From Octopus sinensis (lineage: Eukaryota): a stretch of 64,000 nt of DNA. The DNA lies in NCBI RefSeq assembly GCF_006345805.1, contig NC_043001.1, positions 10,230,001-10,294,000 on the forward strand, in the 5' to 3' direction. Each line of letters begins with the position of its first letter. The first letter of the stretch is position 1. A program made the translations under genes and the position numbers. The notes below the pieces were generated by a model. It was not told where the DNA came from. It did not search any database and worked only from the letters and a program-made list of their open reading frames with translations. Shown in pieces: positions 1 to 13,427 of the stretch.

Positions 1-668
1 TTGTCAAAACGTTGTCTTTCATGAATTTCTAACAATTGATTAATCTATGCATCCATGTAATTAAATTTTAAGTTTGGTGAATATGAAATTATAAGTTCTG
101 CTGTAATATATACACTTGTACTACTTTGTAAAGAAACTGCTTGGAGCAAAAATAAATTTATTCACACTCATTTTATTTTACTCAGTATCTTATTGGATTG
201 AAAGAGTTAGAGAGAATTTAGGATAAATAATTCAATGAATAAATACAAGAAAATGAAAAAAAAGTACATTGCTAAGATATACATAAAATATTGCTGTGCT
301 TATTTTTTTTTTTTTTTGTTCTGCTGTAGTAATTATTGTTTCTGTAGAAAGCTTGCTCCAGGTAGAGAGAATTATTCATTTCTTAATTAAAGTCAATATA
401 GTTTGTGTTACTTGACACATATCACTGTTTCATTATCCAGTTGCATTATTTTCTTTATTTCATTAAAAAGAAAATTTATTTTTCAAACTTTGTGTTGCAT
501 TTTTTTGTTGTTATTATTATTAATTAGACATGTAATGAAGTATTGTTAACTCAATAATTTGATAATGTTGATTGTGATCCCAGCTGTTAATGATAATTTT
601 GTTGGACAGGTTGATTGTAGGTCGGAGGAATGGGTATAGGATTCTCTTTATGTTAGGTACATGCATAA

Positions 669-709
669 ACACACACACACACACACACACACACACCACC
701 ACCACCACC
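669..709. repeat. (CA)n/(CAC)n microsatellite
   Basis: Direct read of tandem CA then CAC units. Confidence 0.95.
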
Positions 710-904
710 AATATACTGATTGAGCACTTGAAATAAAAACAAAATGTTTATCTTGAAATAATAAAATTTCCAGTTTTCTAAATACAAATCCAATCAATTT
801 CAACCATTTTCAATCCTTAGTACATTCAATAAGGGTCTTGAAGTCTTATCGACATAATTTCTTTTTCAAGTTAAATATTTATCAGTGTTAATAAAAATAA
901 CAGT

Positions 905-1146
905 AGTTTCAAATTTTGGCACAAGGTTGGGAATTTTAGGGGTGGGAGTATAAGCCAATCACATTAATCCCCGTGCTCAACTGGTACTCACTTTACTGAC
1001 CCTTCAATGATAATAATAATCCTTTCTACTCAAGGCACAAGGCGTGCAATTTTTGGGGAGGGGGCCAGTCAATTAGATCGACCTCAGTACGATACTGGTA
1101 CTTAATTTATCGACCCCCGAACGGATGAAAGACAAAGTTAACCTCT
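905..1146 (-). mobile_element. Two adjacent 5'-truncated Nin/Deu-like SINE fragments (family C)
   Basis: ctggtacttaatttatcgacccccgaacggatgaaagacaaagttaacctc matches the family C body at 20781, 27117 and 46669; a more decayed copy precedes it. Confidence 0.75.
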
Positions 1147-2159
1147 TCCTTCTCTTATCCAAAACACTCTTTTCATATAACTTATCTCTTGAGTTATGCT
1201 TGACTAATTTTCATAAATTATGTCAACAGTTTGCATGAATATTCTCCTAAGCTTATTTTGTCTTTTTTCTGTGTATTACTTGTTTTAGTATTTTTAACAA
1301 TAGAGCAAGAAGTAAGGAAACTTGTATTGATTTCTAACTGTGGCTATTACTCTTCAATGATAGCTGTTGCATTTGGGTTTGACCTTTTCACATTTTACAC
1401 ATGCAATGCCTTTTAAACTCAACCAGACTTTATAAAAAAAAAACAACAAAAAACACAATGCTCCAAGAAGCCTAATTGCATCTAAAATAAACCAAATTCC
1501 TTTAAAAAAATAGATCTTTTTGTTTTCTCATTGGGAACCTGTATTTTCACCAAGATATGTTTTTGATGTTATTCCCCAGAGACACTTGCATTTTGATAAT
1601 TTTTAGTATCATAAATCATTCCTATTGCTTTCCATTGTTGTTTGAAAAGATAAATATACAGAAAAATCTTGGTTCGGGAGTAAGGACAGGGCATGCGCAC
1701 ACCTAGTTTTAATTTCATCTTGATATCTCTGAGACAGAAAAACTGATATTAATGTCAAGAAGAAATGTTATTTTGAATTACCCAATATATTTTTGTATTT
1801 GGATTGTGTGTGTGTGTGCTTATTCTATGAATGATGCTTTTAATCTGAATGACCAAATCACAAGCAGGCTAAGAGAGAAAGCAGGCCTTGTATGTTAGAG
1901 ATGCATTAGGGCAATAAGCACTTAGAGAATACTAGACATAGATTCTCATAAGTGATTGGGTGGTTCTCTTGAAGTAGTAAAGAGCTTCCATTACATTGTT
2001 GATAGAATTAGCAATATCGTTTATGTAATGTAGTTGTTCCGAAAGTAAAGTAGCTAAGATAAGAAATAACTGGAAAAAATTCAGGGAGCTGCTATCTCTG
2101 TTAAAAACAAAGGCCTTCTCTCTCTCAGACTGAAATTCCGAGTGTGTTGTTTTTGTGTT

Positions 2160-3030
2160 CAAACCTCAATGCTGCATGTCAGTGAAACACGGGCTTTGAA
2201 TGCTGGAGCACAAACGAACTGAGAGAACAACTGGGTATAAGAGAAATGGTATGTTAAGTAGAGGGCAGAAGTCTGCACTGATTTGGTGCATGTGATGTGT
2301 ATAGACAATGAATGGAGGATGATGGGAGCTGTGTTAGGAAGTGCTGTGCACTCTGACTAAAACCTACAGAAAAGGGAGACCAAAATATGTGACACAGTGA
2401 TGAAGGATCCTAAAAATAGTGTATCTTGTGAAGGAAATACTAAAGGAGCATCCTGATTAGTGACATGTTGCACTGCAAAAGGTCTGATCACCGATAGTGA
2501 TGTTTGCAGTCAAAGAAGTTGGTAGTCTTAGAGGTTGGAATTTGCGTGTATGAATAAACACTGACACACATGGAATTAGATTTTCTCAAATGCCACAGGA
2601 AGCTGCCTAGATTTTGTAGATAGTTTCTGTTATCTAGGTGACCAAATTGTGAATGGTAGAGTGTGTGATGCTTGCACCTGAACACTTATGCTACATGGTA
2701 GTGAGACATGGACCTTGAATGCAGAGGACATGCAAAGTCTGGAGAGGAAACTAGTGTGCTCCAATAGATGTGTGCCATCAGTGTGATTCTACATCAAGTG
2801 GAAATGTGTTATGAGAAAAGTTAGGCATAACAGGGATCAGATGTAGCATGAGAAAGAGGAGGCTGTGGTAGTTTGGTCATATGATGCATATAGATGAGGA
2901 CAGTTGTGTAAACATGTACTGGTCACTGAACATGGATGGAACTGGTGGAAGAGGGAAGCCCAGGAGGTTGTTGGATGAAGTTGTTATGACTTATCTTAAG
3001 ATGTCGAGCCTCACAGAAGAGCTATCAATG
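2160..3030 (+). pseudogene. Degenerate RTE-clade LINE RT C-terminal fragments (two in tandem)
   Basis: Broken translations SMLHVSET, VDSFCYLGDQI, MLHGSETWTL, FGHMMHIDED and GRGKPRR are typical of the RTE RT C-terminus; contains stops and frameshifts. Confidence 0.8.
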
Positions 3031-3204
3031 GACCTTAACTCATCTTCACCATCAACACCTCTCTCACTCTCTTTCTCTCTTCTCCACCTGAAGTTTACAT
3101 TTACCTGTACAGCATGACACCTGTTTCTGTCCCTCTATCATAACCTCTCATCACCTGACACAAAGCTACCTTTCTCAATACTACTCCCTTTTTCTGTTGA
3201 GGGT

Positions 3205-3420
3205 TTTTGTCTTGTTAGTTACTTGGTGACCTTGCTAGTATTGCTGCCATGTGGAAAAACACCACAGTACACTCTTTGTAAAGTGCCTAGCATTAGGAAG
3301 GGCATCCAGCCTTAGAAACTTTGCCAGGTTGGGAGCACAGTTTAGTGCAGTCCTTTGATTCACCAGCACTTGTCAAACCGTCTAACCCATGCCAACATGA
3401 AAAAATAGAGGTTAAATGCT
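3205..3420 (+). mobile_element. Old copy of the (GAT)n-tailed SINE-like family A
   Basis: cattaggaagggcatccagc...aaccgtctaacccatgccaacatg motifs shared with young copies. Confidence 0.7.
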
Positions 3421-4074
3421 ATATGTAGGCATATGTCTATTTGTGTACATTTGTGTGTGTGTGAATTAATTTTGGTATACATATGCGTGTATACTTGTGT
3501 TGTTATGTGTATTTGTATATGTTTGTTTTGTATCACACCTTTGTTATATCTTTGCACACCTCTACCCATCTTACCTCTCTGTTGATAATTTCCCCTTCTT
3601 TTACTCATCTTCCCTCCATTCACTATCATCATCACATCCTTCATTCACTCATAGTTCATCTTTTATCTCCCCAACATTCATGGAGCTCACAAACCATGAA
3701 TGGTTATCCTGCGTATCAGTCTCATTACTTCACCTCACCTCATCCTTCATTGCATCTATGTATGAGAGACTGCACTGGTCCATCTTCATCATTGTATCTA
3801 TACACAGTTTCCTCCATTCATCTCTTTGCTCACTTTAGTCCTCACCTATTAATCATACCTCTCATTTCCTCACCTGTGATGCTCTCTTGCTTGCCCATTG
3901 CCATATAACACTCCCTCTCTGCCTCTTTTTCTTTCACTGTCCTCTCTCCTTAGCTTTTCCATCTCGACACCCTCTCATCTCTTTGTCATTGGAAAAGAGA
4001 TGTCAGGAAGCATGAGAGTTGGCCAATCACCCTCTGTTTCTCTTTTTCGTATATACCTCTTCAGTCTGGCCCTT

Positions 4075-4288
4075 TAAGTCTGGCAAGTTTCAAGGCAACT
4101 TCACTAGTGCAAGTGCTACAGAAAAAACACCCAGTTACACCCTATAAAGCAGATGGCATCAGAGAGCGAGGCATCCTTAGAAACCATGTCAAACAGACAT
4201 AGTCGTCTGAGTCACTGGAACCTATTGCACCATCTGATCCATGCTAGCATGGAGAGCAGATTTCAAATAGTTATGGTGATTATGATGA
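4075..4288 (+). mobile_element. Old copy of family A
   Basis: ggcatcc...gatccatgctagcatggagagcaga with a decayed gat tail. Confidence 0.6.
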
Positions 4289-4384
4289 AGCTTAGTATAT
4301 TTAAACATTCTAAGATATTTTGTTGAAGTGGAATAGTTGTATGCTACAGATAAGACACAGTAGTGTATGTATGTGTGTGAAAGA

Positions 4385-4484
4385 GAGAGTCTCTCTCTCT
4401 CTTTCTTTATATATATATATGATACATGTGTATATATATATATATGTATGTATATATGTATGTATGTATATGTATGTATATATG

Positions 4485-4516
<32 letters not shown>

Positions 4517-4564
4517 TATACATGTATGTATGTATGTATGTATGTATGTATGTATGTATGTATA

Positions 4565-4623
<59 letters not shown>

Positions 4624-4628
4624 ATATA
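4385..4628. repeat. Compound (CT)/(TA)/(TG)/(TATG)n microsatellite
   Basis: Direct read; explains the spurious overlapping ORFs here. Confidence 0.95.
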
Positions 4629-5663
4629 AAATCGTTATTCATTTACTTCTTGCTTTATTTTTAATGTTATCTCACCATGTTGGCATGAGTTTGCAACACA
4701 GGATAGCTTGCATCATTTACTCTATTACAACATCATTCCTTCTGTGAGTCCTTGCATTGTCAAATCTGATATTACGATCTTCTGTTTCATGTCATTGTTG
4801 GTGTATCTTTACACTGCATACCATACACCATCAATCAGATCATAGAATTTTTTTTTTTCCAGCCAGCAAACATCATTCATTTATTTGCCTGTCCATCTAT
4901 ATCCAGCTTTGTCTAGCTTCTCTCTCTAACATCATCAGTTACTGCCTATATTACTATGCCACTTTCTCAACTCATATTCTACTTGTAAATTGCTGTGTAC
5001 ATCCTGTGGGAGATGTCCAACACATTTGTCTCCAGTTGTTGCATACTCATTGCTTCCGCTTTATCGTTGTACTTCTTATGCATGTCTTCTTAAATTTCAA
5101 CAATGAAACAGTTGAAGTACTCTAATTTGTACTTTTTTTTATTTTAAATATTGCAGTGAAATCTTTTAAACGTATCAGTTTCAATTTATTTTATAAAGCT
5201 ATTTACCAATGGTCGGGGAGAACAATCAAGAGTTTCGTTATGATTTTTACTTTGTTTTTTTTTTGTATGTTCTTAACTTTTAAGCCATTCGTAATTGATT
5301 ATAATCTGTGTATTGGAAATAATTTTGAACAACAGACATTGATTTCAGTTGACACAACACATTTTAATGGCCCCAGAGAAAGCAGATTATATGCTTGTTG
5401 GTGTTCTACACAATGCCCTAGTCTTTATTACTTTAATAACTAATTCTTGTTATCAACCCAATGTTTTGACAGTTGAACATGTTTAAACTTCTGCTTGGAT
5501 AAGATTAAGAAATATTCAATATATTCTTCTGTTTTCTCTCAAATACTACGCAATCAAAACTACATGCTTCCCATATTAGCATTAGGTCTTTTATATCTCT
5601 CTGTCTCCATATATTTCATGCCTCACAGCTCTCCTTCCCTATATCTACTGGTTCCCACTTCCC

Positions 5664-5697
<34 letters not shown>

Positions 5698-5703
5698 ATA
5701 TAT

Positions 5704-7130
5704 ATTCACGCTCTATTTTCGATGTTGGTTGTTTTATTACATTGTTTCATTCATAATTTTTGAGTGGTGTTCGTTTTGCCACGTGAATATTATTTTTAAT
5801 TCCATTTATTCCATTTCTCCATTCATTATTTTAAAAGATGTTCGTTTCCAGAGCGGTTATACTTTTATACATATGTTAAGTTCCTTGGTAAAGTAATTTT
5901 GTTGGTGTATATGTTGAGGCTTATATGTACTTGTGGGTGTGTGTGAGTGGGGTGGGTGTTTGTATTTGTTATGGGTGTGTGGTTTACGTGTGTGTATTTG
6001 TGTGTGAATGTATAGGTTAAAGGGATTGCTATATAAGTATGTTATAGTGTTTAGTAAAGGGAGGTTTTATCATTTATGTTTGTGAGTTTTAGCTTATCAT
6101 GGTAGTTTTATAAAAGAATCCATTCATAATTTTTGTGTTTATTTGTCTGTGTGGGGTTGAGTGGGTTTTTGGAGTATATGTTGAGGTTTATATGTATGTA
6201 TAGGTATGTGTAAGTGGTGTGGGTATTTGTATATGTCGTGGGTGTGTGGTTTACGTGTGTGTATTTGTGTGTGAATGTTTAGGTTAGGGAGATTGCTATA
6301 TAGGTATGTTATAGAGTTTAGTAAAGGGAGATTTTATCATTATATGTTTTTATGAGTTTTGGTTTATCATGGTAGGTTTGTTAAGGAATTCGTAGTAATT
6401 TGTGTCTATTTGCGATGTCTGTTGTTTTATTGCATTGTTTTCATTCATAATTTTTAAGTAGTGTTCGTTTTACCAAGTGAATATAATTTTTAATTCCATT
6501 TATTCCATTTCTCCGTTCATAATTTTAAGTGATGTCCGTTTTCTAGAGCGTGAATGTGGGTTGTATGTGTGTGTGTGTGGGAGTATGAATAAGTATTGTG
6601 TTGAAGTATTTAGCTATTTTATTTATTTATAGTTGCCTAGACGTTTTTATGTGTATGTATAGGGATATATATATAGGTGTGTGATTTAGTGTATGTAGTT
6701 AGATATGGTTATATATAATTAGGTATATGTGTATGGGTGTATATATAGTTTATTATTATATTATTATTATTTTTTTGTTTTGTTTTATATTTTATATTTT
6801 ATATTTTATATTTTATATTTTATATTTAATTGTTGATAGGTTTATTTTAGTTTATATATTGTTTATATATTGATTATATATGGATTATATATAGGTTATA
6901 TATGGATTATATATTTATATTTTTTCATTCATACTTTAATTATTTAAAGTTATTATTTTTATATTTAAAATATTGATATTTTAGATTGGAAGTCCACCTG
7001 AAGATTGTCGATCAAGACAAGAAACAATTGTAGTGGCGGTTTTTTTGACTATTTATTAAAATTTTATGTATTGATTAAGTCTTTCCTTGTTTGTTTTGCA
7101 AAATAGTGGTTTTGTCTCTAATAATATTTT
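5704..7130 (+). mobile_element. Non-coding Penelope-like unit with internal A-B-B-A duplications and a 3' hammerhead, between (TA)n tracts
   Basis: Block 5727-5853 recurs at 6420-6550; block 5908-6105 recurs at 6175-6375; strongly G/T-rich and C-poor; hammerhead at 6994-7036; (TA)n on both sides. Confidence 0.6.
6994..7036 (+). ncRNA. Minimal type I hammerhead ribozyme (Penelope-type)
   Basis: CCAC-CTGAAGA-TTGTC(GATCAA)GACAA-GAAA-C(AATT)G-TA-GTGG: intact core, 5-bp helix II, palindromic helix III ACAATTGT, helix I CCAC/GTGG, GUA cleavage site at 7032. Confidence 0.85.
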
Positions 7131-8255
7131 ATATATATATATATATATCTTACTGCTGATATCTTCCTTAAACTTTCTTTCTCTCCCTTTTGTACATTTC
7201 TCAATTTATGTTCCTCTCTTTCGCACAACACTTTCTTCCCTCTTACAAACACACACACACACACACACACTTTCTGCTATGCGTGTTGTTCTGTATTGTA
7301 TCTAGTTACGAACCTTGTTATAATACACACATCCTAATGCAGACAATGTAATCATAAGATTATGTTGATGATAGAATAAATCTGATGAAGCAAACTTGCA
7401 TAACCTATGAAAGCATGGAAAATGAATGATGATTTTGATAATACTGGTTATAGTCTCTATGGATTGGATATTCACATTCTTTGATTGGTATTAACATGTA
7501 AAAAGAATAATATATAAAATTAATTTATAATCTTTTAATGGTTATTTCCATCTTAATTATATTTGAAATAATGCAAAAATTATTAGATATAAAACAAACA
7601 TGAACAAGTAGATTGAATGTATTTCTTTTGCCTATTAATTGGATTTTAGCATTTCAATTAATTTTCCTTTAAAATTTGTTGAAATGTATTGTGCTGTTTT
7701 ATGTCCATATACATAAATAACAATATCTGTGAAATATCTTGGAGGCTGAAAGATTACATAATCATTGATAACAAATCAAGTCTGTCTACAAGCAGAGCTC
7801 TCATGCGGAAGAATTTCTTCCACTCATATAAATTCAATGAGGAAGAATTGATTTCAATTTGGCATTAGTTATCGAGTAGGGTTTGGTGGGGATGTACACT
7901 GAAACTAAGACAAACATTCAATACAGCTTCGAAATAATTTAGCTGTTGTGTAGTTAATTGGAAAGAAATATTTCTACTTGTTTATTGCAGAACCGTGCTT
8001 GATAATTAATGCTTTTAAAAATTGCTCTCTGTTAAACATGTTCAGAAAGGCTAGTTTCGACTCTGATACATTGTTACTGTTGTTGTGCAACATTACATTT
8101 AGTTCTTGAGTTAATGTGTCTGCTAGCAACTGTTTCTATGCCATCACTTTTGTCATCACTTTTGTTATTGTCATCACAATTATCAGTTTGTGTAAGTATT
8201 TACAAGGACAAGTCTGTACCATTTTTTTTATTCTTCCTTAGTTAATCTCTTCACA

Positions 8256-8273
8256 TTATATATATAATATATA

Positions 8274-8305
<32 letters not shown>

Positions 8306-8308
8306 TAT
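8256..8308. repeat. (TA)n microsatellite
   Basis: Direct read. Confidence 0.95.
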
Positions 8309-8383
8309 AGATCAATAAGTGGTGGGGTTGTGTTGACCGCACGTGGAGAAATGATAAGCAAGGAAAATTGTAAAAATATATAT

Positions 8384-8650
8384 AGGTGGAGTGGCTGTGT
8401 GGTAAGTATCTTGCTTACCAACCACATGGCTCCGGGTTCATTCCCACTGCTTGGCACTTTGGGCAAGTGTCTTCTACTATAGCCTCAGGCCAGCCAAAGA
8501 TTTGTGAGTAGATTTGGTAGACGGAAACTGAAAGAAGCCCTTCATATATGTGTGTATGTGTGTGTGTGTGTGTATGTTTGTGTGTCTGTCCCCACTACAT
8601 TGCTTGACAACTGATGCTGGTGTGTTTACATCCCCGTAACTTAGCGGTTC
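8384..8650 (+). mobile_element. tRNA-derived CORE-like SINE (family B), 3'-truncated
   Basis: Head ggagtggctgtgtggtaag...ccgggttcattccc, CORE-like ggcactttgggcaagtgtctt, internal (TG)n; matches 22186, 39517, 54945 and 60634. Confidence 0.9.
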
Positions 8651-8927
8651 CACTAAGTTGTTTTAACTTCATTTGCTTAGGCAAATTAAATTGTCCAGAA
8701 ATTATTTTTCCCTTGGCTAAATAATTTCTTAATATAAGACAATTTAGGGATCACATATTTAGCCTGCTCACTGCATAAATCATATTTCATATTTAGTTTA
8801 CAAAATTAATAATCTTGGGTGCCATGAGAAAAGGGTACTAAAATTTTGACCAGGGCTTTCCATTTGCTCAAAGAATTAGAATTACATTTTTCTGTCAAGG
8901 TATTTAGATAATTTGTCTTTATAACAT

Positions 8928-9217
8928 CTTTTCTGTTTTTATGCCCTCTTCAAGCCTAGCTAGGCGCATGGGCCCGGTTTCCCTGTTTCTGTAGCGTATG
9001 TGTTCCCCCCAGCTGGACGGGACACCAGTTCATCGCAGCATTACTCAAGAAACAGGAAGAGAGAGTGAGAGAAAGTTGTGGCGAAAGAGTACAACAGGGG
9101 TTGCCACCACCCCCTGCTGGAGCCTCATAGAGCTTTTAGGTGTTTTCGTTCAATAAACACACACAATCCTCCGACCACGAGTCTGCTGTCCTAACCACTG
9201 GGCCACTGCACCTCCAC
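8928..9217 (-). mobile_element. tRNA-head SINE family D with V-like 3' module
   Basis: Minus-strand head gtggaggtgcagtggcccagtggttagg; gctgcgatgaactggtgtcccgtccag resembles the V-SINE domain; TSD gtctttataacat at 8915-8927 and 9218-9230. Confidence 0.85.
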
Positions 9218-9814
9218 GTCTTTATAACATACTGAACTGATTTTTGCTAATATGGGTCAGCATTAACCCTTCGACTTTTATTATTAAACTCAATCTTAAA
9301 TTACACTTAACCTTTGCAGAATCATTGTATTATATAAACTTTAATGGAAAATCTGTCTTTTTAATGAGTTTCTAGGTTCTCTCAAACTTCAATAAACTTT
9401 CGTTGGTTTGTAATTCTTTCTGACTTTCCTTTTCCACATAGTTTGAACACAATGCATTTTAATGCACATTGTATTACCACCCTCTGTTGTCCTTTATTTA
9501 ATGTTTTTTTTTATGTCCACATGAAGGTACCAATAAGGATCAACTCAGCTGAAAAATTGCTACTTATTTTGATCAAGAACCAGTGTTTCTTCCAACTTAG
9601 AGAATCACAGCACATTTCGAAATGCTCATTCTCTAGACACTTCCTTCAGAAGGTTTAATTGATGTCCTTTGTGAAGTCTATATCGATATTAATCCAATTA
9701 TTCTGAAAGTTTTGAGAAAGACAAACATTGTTTGTAAAAATGCAGAACCTGGTTTGCAGTATCTCACTTTCCAGTCTTAAACAGAATGGTCTTAAGTTAT
9801 CGCTTGACTGTATC

Positions 9815-9818
9815 TCTT

Positions 9819-9852
<34 letters not shown>

Positions 9853-10163
9853 AACACACACACATACATACACGTATCATATATATATGTATATAATATA
9901 ATTATTAGAATAATAATGTCTATATATATAATAATATGATTACCAACTATATATATATATATATATATTATAGTTGGTAATGATATTATCATATATATAT
10001 ATATAATGATATATATATATATATATAATATTATTATATATATATATTGTCCAACCCATGCTAGCATGGAAAACGGACGTTAAACGATGATGATGATGTA
10101 TATATATATATAAAATATGATTACCAACTATATATATATATATATATAGATATATATATATAC
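9815..10163. repeat. TA-rich compound repeat containing a 50-bp family A 3' end (10049-10098)
   Basis: (CT)/(TA)n tracts; gtccaacccatgctagcatggaaaacggacgttaaacgatgatgatgat. Confidence 0.9.
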
Positions 10164-12763
10164 ATGCACTATGTACTCTATCTCAGGTTTTCAATTATCA
10201 TTCAGATGAAATGTTTATTGCTTGAAGGTAGTGGATACAGATGTAAAGGATTTCTTCTCACTCTATCTTGTCTAACCTTCCCTCCACTGGTCATAAATAC
10301 AAGCACTGCAAGGCGTTGGGAATTATTTCCTCACGACACACATAAGCTATTACCTGTGAAAATATGACAAAGTTAGTGTCCATCACTTGAGAAAAGCTTT
10401 TGACAATGTCTAACATGAGTGCATTTTGACATGTTACATAATCAATGGCTACTTTATCCCCATGGACTCTGCACCTCCATACTTGCTGAAGATACCCTTC
10501 CTTTTTTTTTTCATCTATATCTACATCTATTCTTTCGTTTATTTTTTTTTTTTTCTTTTACCCCGTTTTTCCTACTGCACCTCTTTAGAATGTTGCATTT
10601 ATTTCTTCATCCTGTCATGCTTTAGATTTATTCTTAAACGCTACATTATTTTTAAACTTTGTATTAATGATAACAATCTCAAATTCCTATCCACCCCAAC
10701 TGGTTCTAGACAGCTCTCACTCACATGCTTTTGAGCATTAAAATAACTTGCAGAAAGTCACTGCTCAGATTTTTTACCAAGAAATGGTATGGGAGAAATA
10801 TTACCTGGCATATTTATATCAGTTATGTATGTGCACACATTTTGCTTTTCTTTCACTTTCTGTTTTGCTAGTTATTTATACTCTTGTCATTTATTAAGTA
10901 TAAGGTGTATTTTGTAAAGGATTGGATACAGGAGTTTGGAAACTGAATCAGATTTGTACTTTGGAGGTAAGGTGCAGCCGGATGGAGAGCTGCCAATATT
11001 TTTCAGAGAATGCATAACATATGTGACAAGTTATAAAAGGATATAGTTTTGTTTTCTCCATCTCAAGGATGGAGAAAATAATTCATGCAGGAACTGCATC
11101 TCATATTGTGTTCAAATGATATGATAGGTGTCTTTAATGATTGGACATCTAAATAGTAAAGTATATATCTTCATTTCTTTTTGTTATTCTGGGGAACTTA
11201 GTCTAAGAATAACTACTCAAGATAGTTTTTGATGTTAATGTTCAGAAAATGTTAGCGTTGTAAAAATAGTTGTAGAAAGTATTTCACAGTGCTCAGTTTG
11301 GGTTCTTTGTAAACACTGGGAGTGTTTGAAATGATTGAAAGAGAATAAACCTATATTAAGTAGGTTTATATGAAGACAGCAGAGTTAGAAAATTTATATT
11401 CTTACTGTTGCAGTACACTTCACAACGTTAAGTGTAAAAAGTCTTTGGTAAAACTTTATCCATTGAAAATCTCCTTTTGTTTTTACTATCGTGGTTCCAT
11501 TCCACTATTTGAATACTTTTTATTGATTTTCTCCCCCCTTTTTCCCCTCCTTTCTACTGACGCCAGGTTGCTATATTTTATTCAGTTTAAAAATTCCTGT
11601 TTCATTGTAACACTGTAAATCATATTTCAGATTTTGTAGTATTTCTAAATTAAAAATAATAAACTCAAGTAACTGCTGACATTGATGGCATGTTTTTTTC
11701 ATCAAAATTTCACAGGAAAGAAATTATGAAAAAAATAAATTATTATCCAACACCATTGTAGTTGGAATGTTTAGGAATCAAATCTCAGTATGCTTTCATT
11801 AGTCCAGCCACTTGTTAAGTACATGGCTATAATCATTTTATATGGAAAAGCTTTTGAATGAAATGATATGAAGACATCTAGATTTTCATATTATTTATTC
11901 AATTATAACTAACATATTTATGGAATGGATTCGCAAATTTTATTTTATTCATCATAATTTTAGATATATTTCCTCATAGTTCATATATTTATATTTATTC
12001 AACAAGTGAAAGGAAATTAAAGAAGAAAGTAGTGTGTGGTAATGGCTTGTATATGCATGCAGAATGCAAACGTATGTATTCATGTGGGTTTTATTATGAT
12101 TTTAAAAGTTTTTAAAATGAAGTGCAAATATATTGCTTATGGAAGCCATCATGTATGTTTATATATTTTCCTCAAAATATACATTTAAAAGATGTTCCCA
12201 GCTTAAGTGAAAGGTTTGAACAATAAAATTTATGAAATATAATTTTCAAAAAAAAATATCTGCTAGTGGTAGGAAATAAAAATTTGCAATTAACATTTGG
12301 ATGATGACTAAGCAAAAATAATGAATGCTTGCTGATAGTTTTCAATAACGTTTGCCAATCTTAAGAGGATGTTATGATACATTTTTTTGCAACGAGGAAG
12401 AACTAATTTTCTCTTAAGTATAAACCAAGGAAATGTTTACAACATATTCTAATAAAAAAAGACGTGACGAATATTGTATCAGTATTTCTCCTTATATTTC
12501 TTCTTATATTCATATATTTTCAAACTTTTGCATCATAATGGTTTTCTGTCTTCACATTTTCTGGCTGAATAGTTAGAATATAACCTCCATGAACTGCCTT
12601 TTGCTTTTACATCCTTTGTCAAAGACTATATTTTTAGACTATTATTACTATCAACCAAAAAATATATTGATCATAGTTATGCCTAAGTATTTCAGGTTTT
12701 TTCTTAAGGTTCTCAATTTTTAAATCAGGTTTTTGTTTTCTTTTTTTTTTTCTTAATGACTAG

Positions 12764-12817
12764 TGGAATTAAGGAAGCGTGGCCCTAATGCTTGCAACAG
12801 AATGAATTCTGCTAAAG
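12764..12817 (+). CDS. Candidate 54-nt phase 1-1 cassette exon of an unidentified host gene (xELRKRGPNACNRMNSAK)
   Basis: Long U tract then ...cttaatgactag acceptor; open 18-codon frame; AAG|gtacat donor; length divisible by 3. No homology recognised. Confidence 0.45.
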
Positions 12818-13022
12818 GTACATACGGGTCAGGTGTCAATGTTAAACTAGGCAGCAGATTGAACCTACCTCTTGAGAATAAGGAATGTATCTTCAAGTAC
12901 ATTTCATAGTGTTTTTGTGTATAAAATTTCGTTGGAAGGTTATAGTAGAGAACACTTGATGGTGGTATTTTACTCCTGTAACCATTTAATTGTGAAGCAA
13001 GTTTCTTAATTGTACTGTTGTT

Positions 13023-13024
<2 letters not shown>

Positions 13025-13063
<39 letters not shown>

Positions 13064-13074
13064 TGTGTGTGTGT
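13025..13074. repeat. (TG)n microsatellite
   Basis: Direct read. Confidence 0.95.
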
Positions 13075-13427
13075 ATCATCATCGTTTAACATCCGTTTTC
13101 CATGCTAGCACGGGATGGACGGTTCAACCGGGGTCTGGGAAGCCAGGAGGCTGCACCAGTCTCCAGTCTGATCTGACAGTGTTTCTACAGCTGGATGCCC
13201 TTCCTAATGCCAACCACTCCATGAGTGTAGTGGGAGCATTTTAAGTGCCACCGGCACAGATGCCAGGGAGGGCTGGCAACGGTCATGATCAGTTGGTGCT
13301 TTTTACGTGCCACCGGCACGGAAGCCAGCCAAGGTGGCACTGGCATCGGCCACGTATGGATGGTGCTTTTTACGTGCCACCAGCACAGGTGCCAGGGGAG
13401 GCTGGCAACGGCCACAATCGGTTGGTG
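13075..13427 (-). mobile_element. Family A SINE-like element with three tandem units
   Basis: Reverse complement of aacccatgctagcatggaaaacggatgttaaacgatgat tail, ggcattaggaagggcatccagc motif and repeated ggtggcacgtaaaaagcacc. Confidence 0.9.

Noticed and set aside
4222-4747. Six overlapping ORFs rich in Y/I/H/T/C/V/M
   Set aside because: Translations of TA/TG/TATG microsatellites.
7375-7415. CTGATGA as another hammerhead
   Set aside because: No helix II closing directly onto GAAA and no helix I/III.
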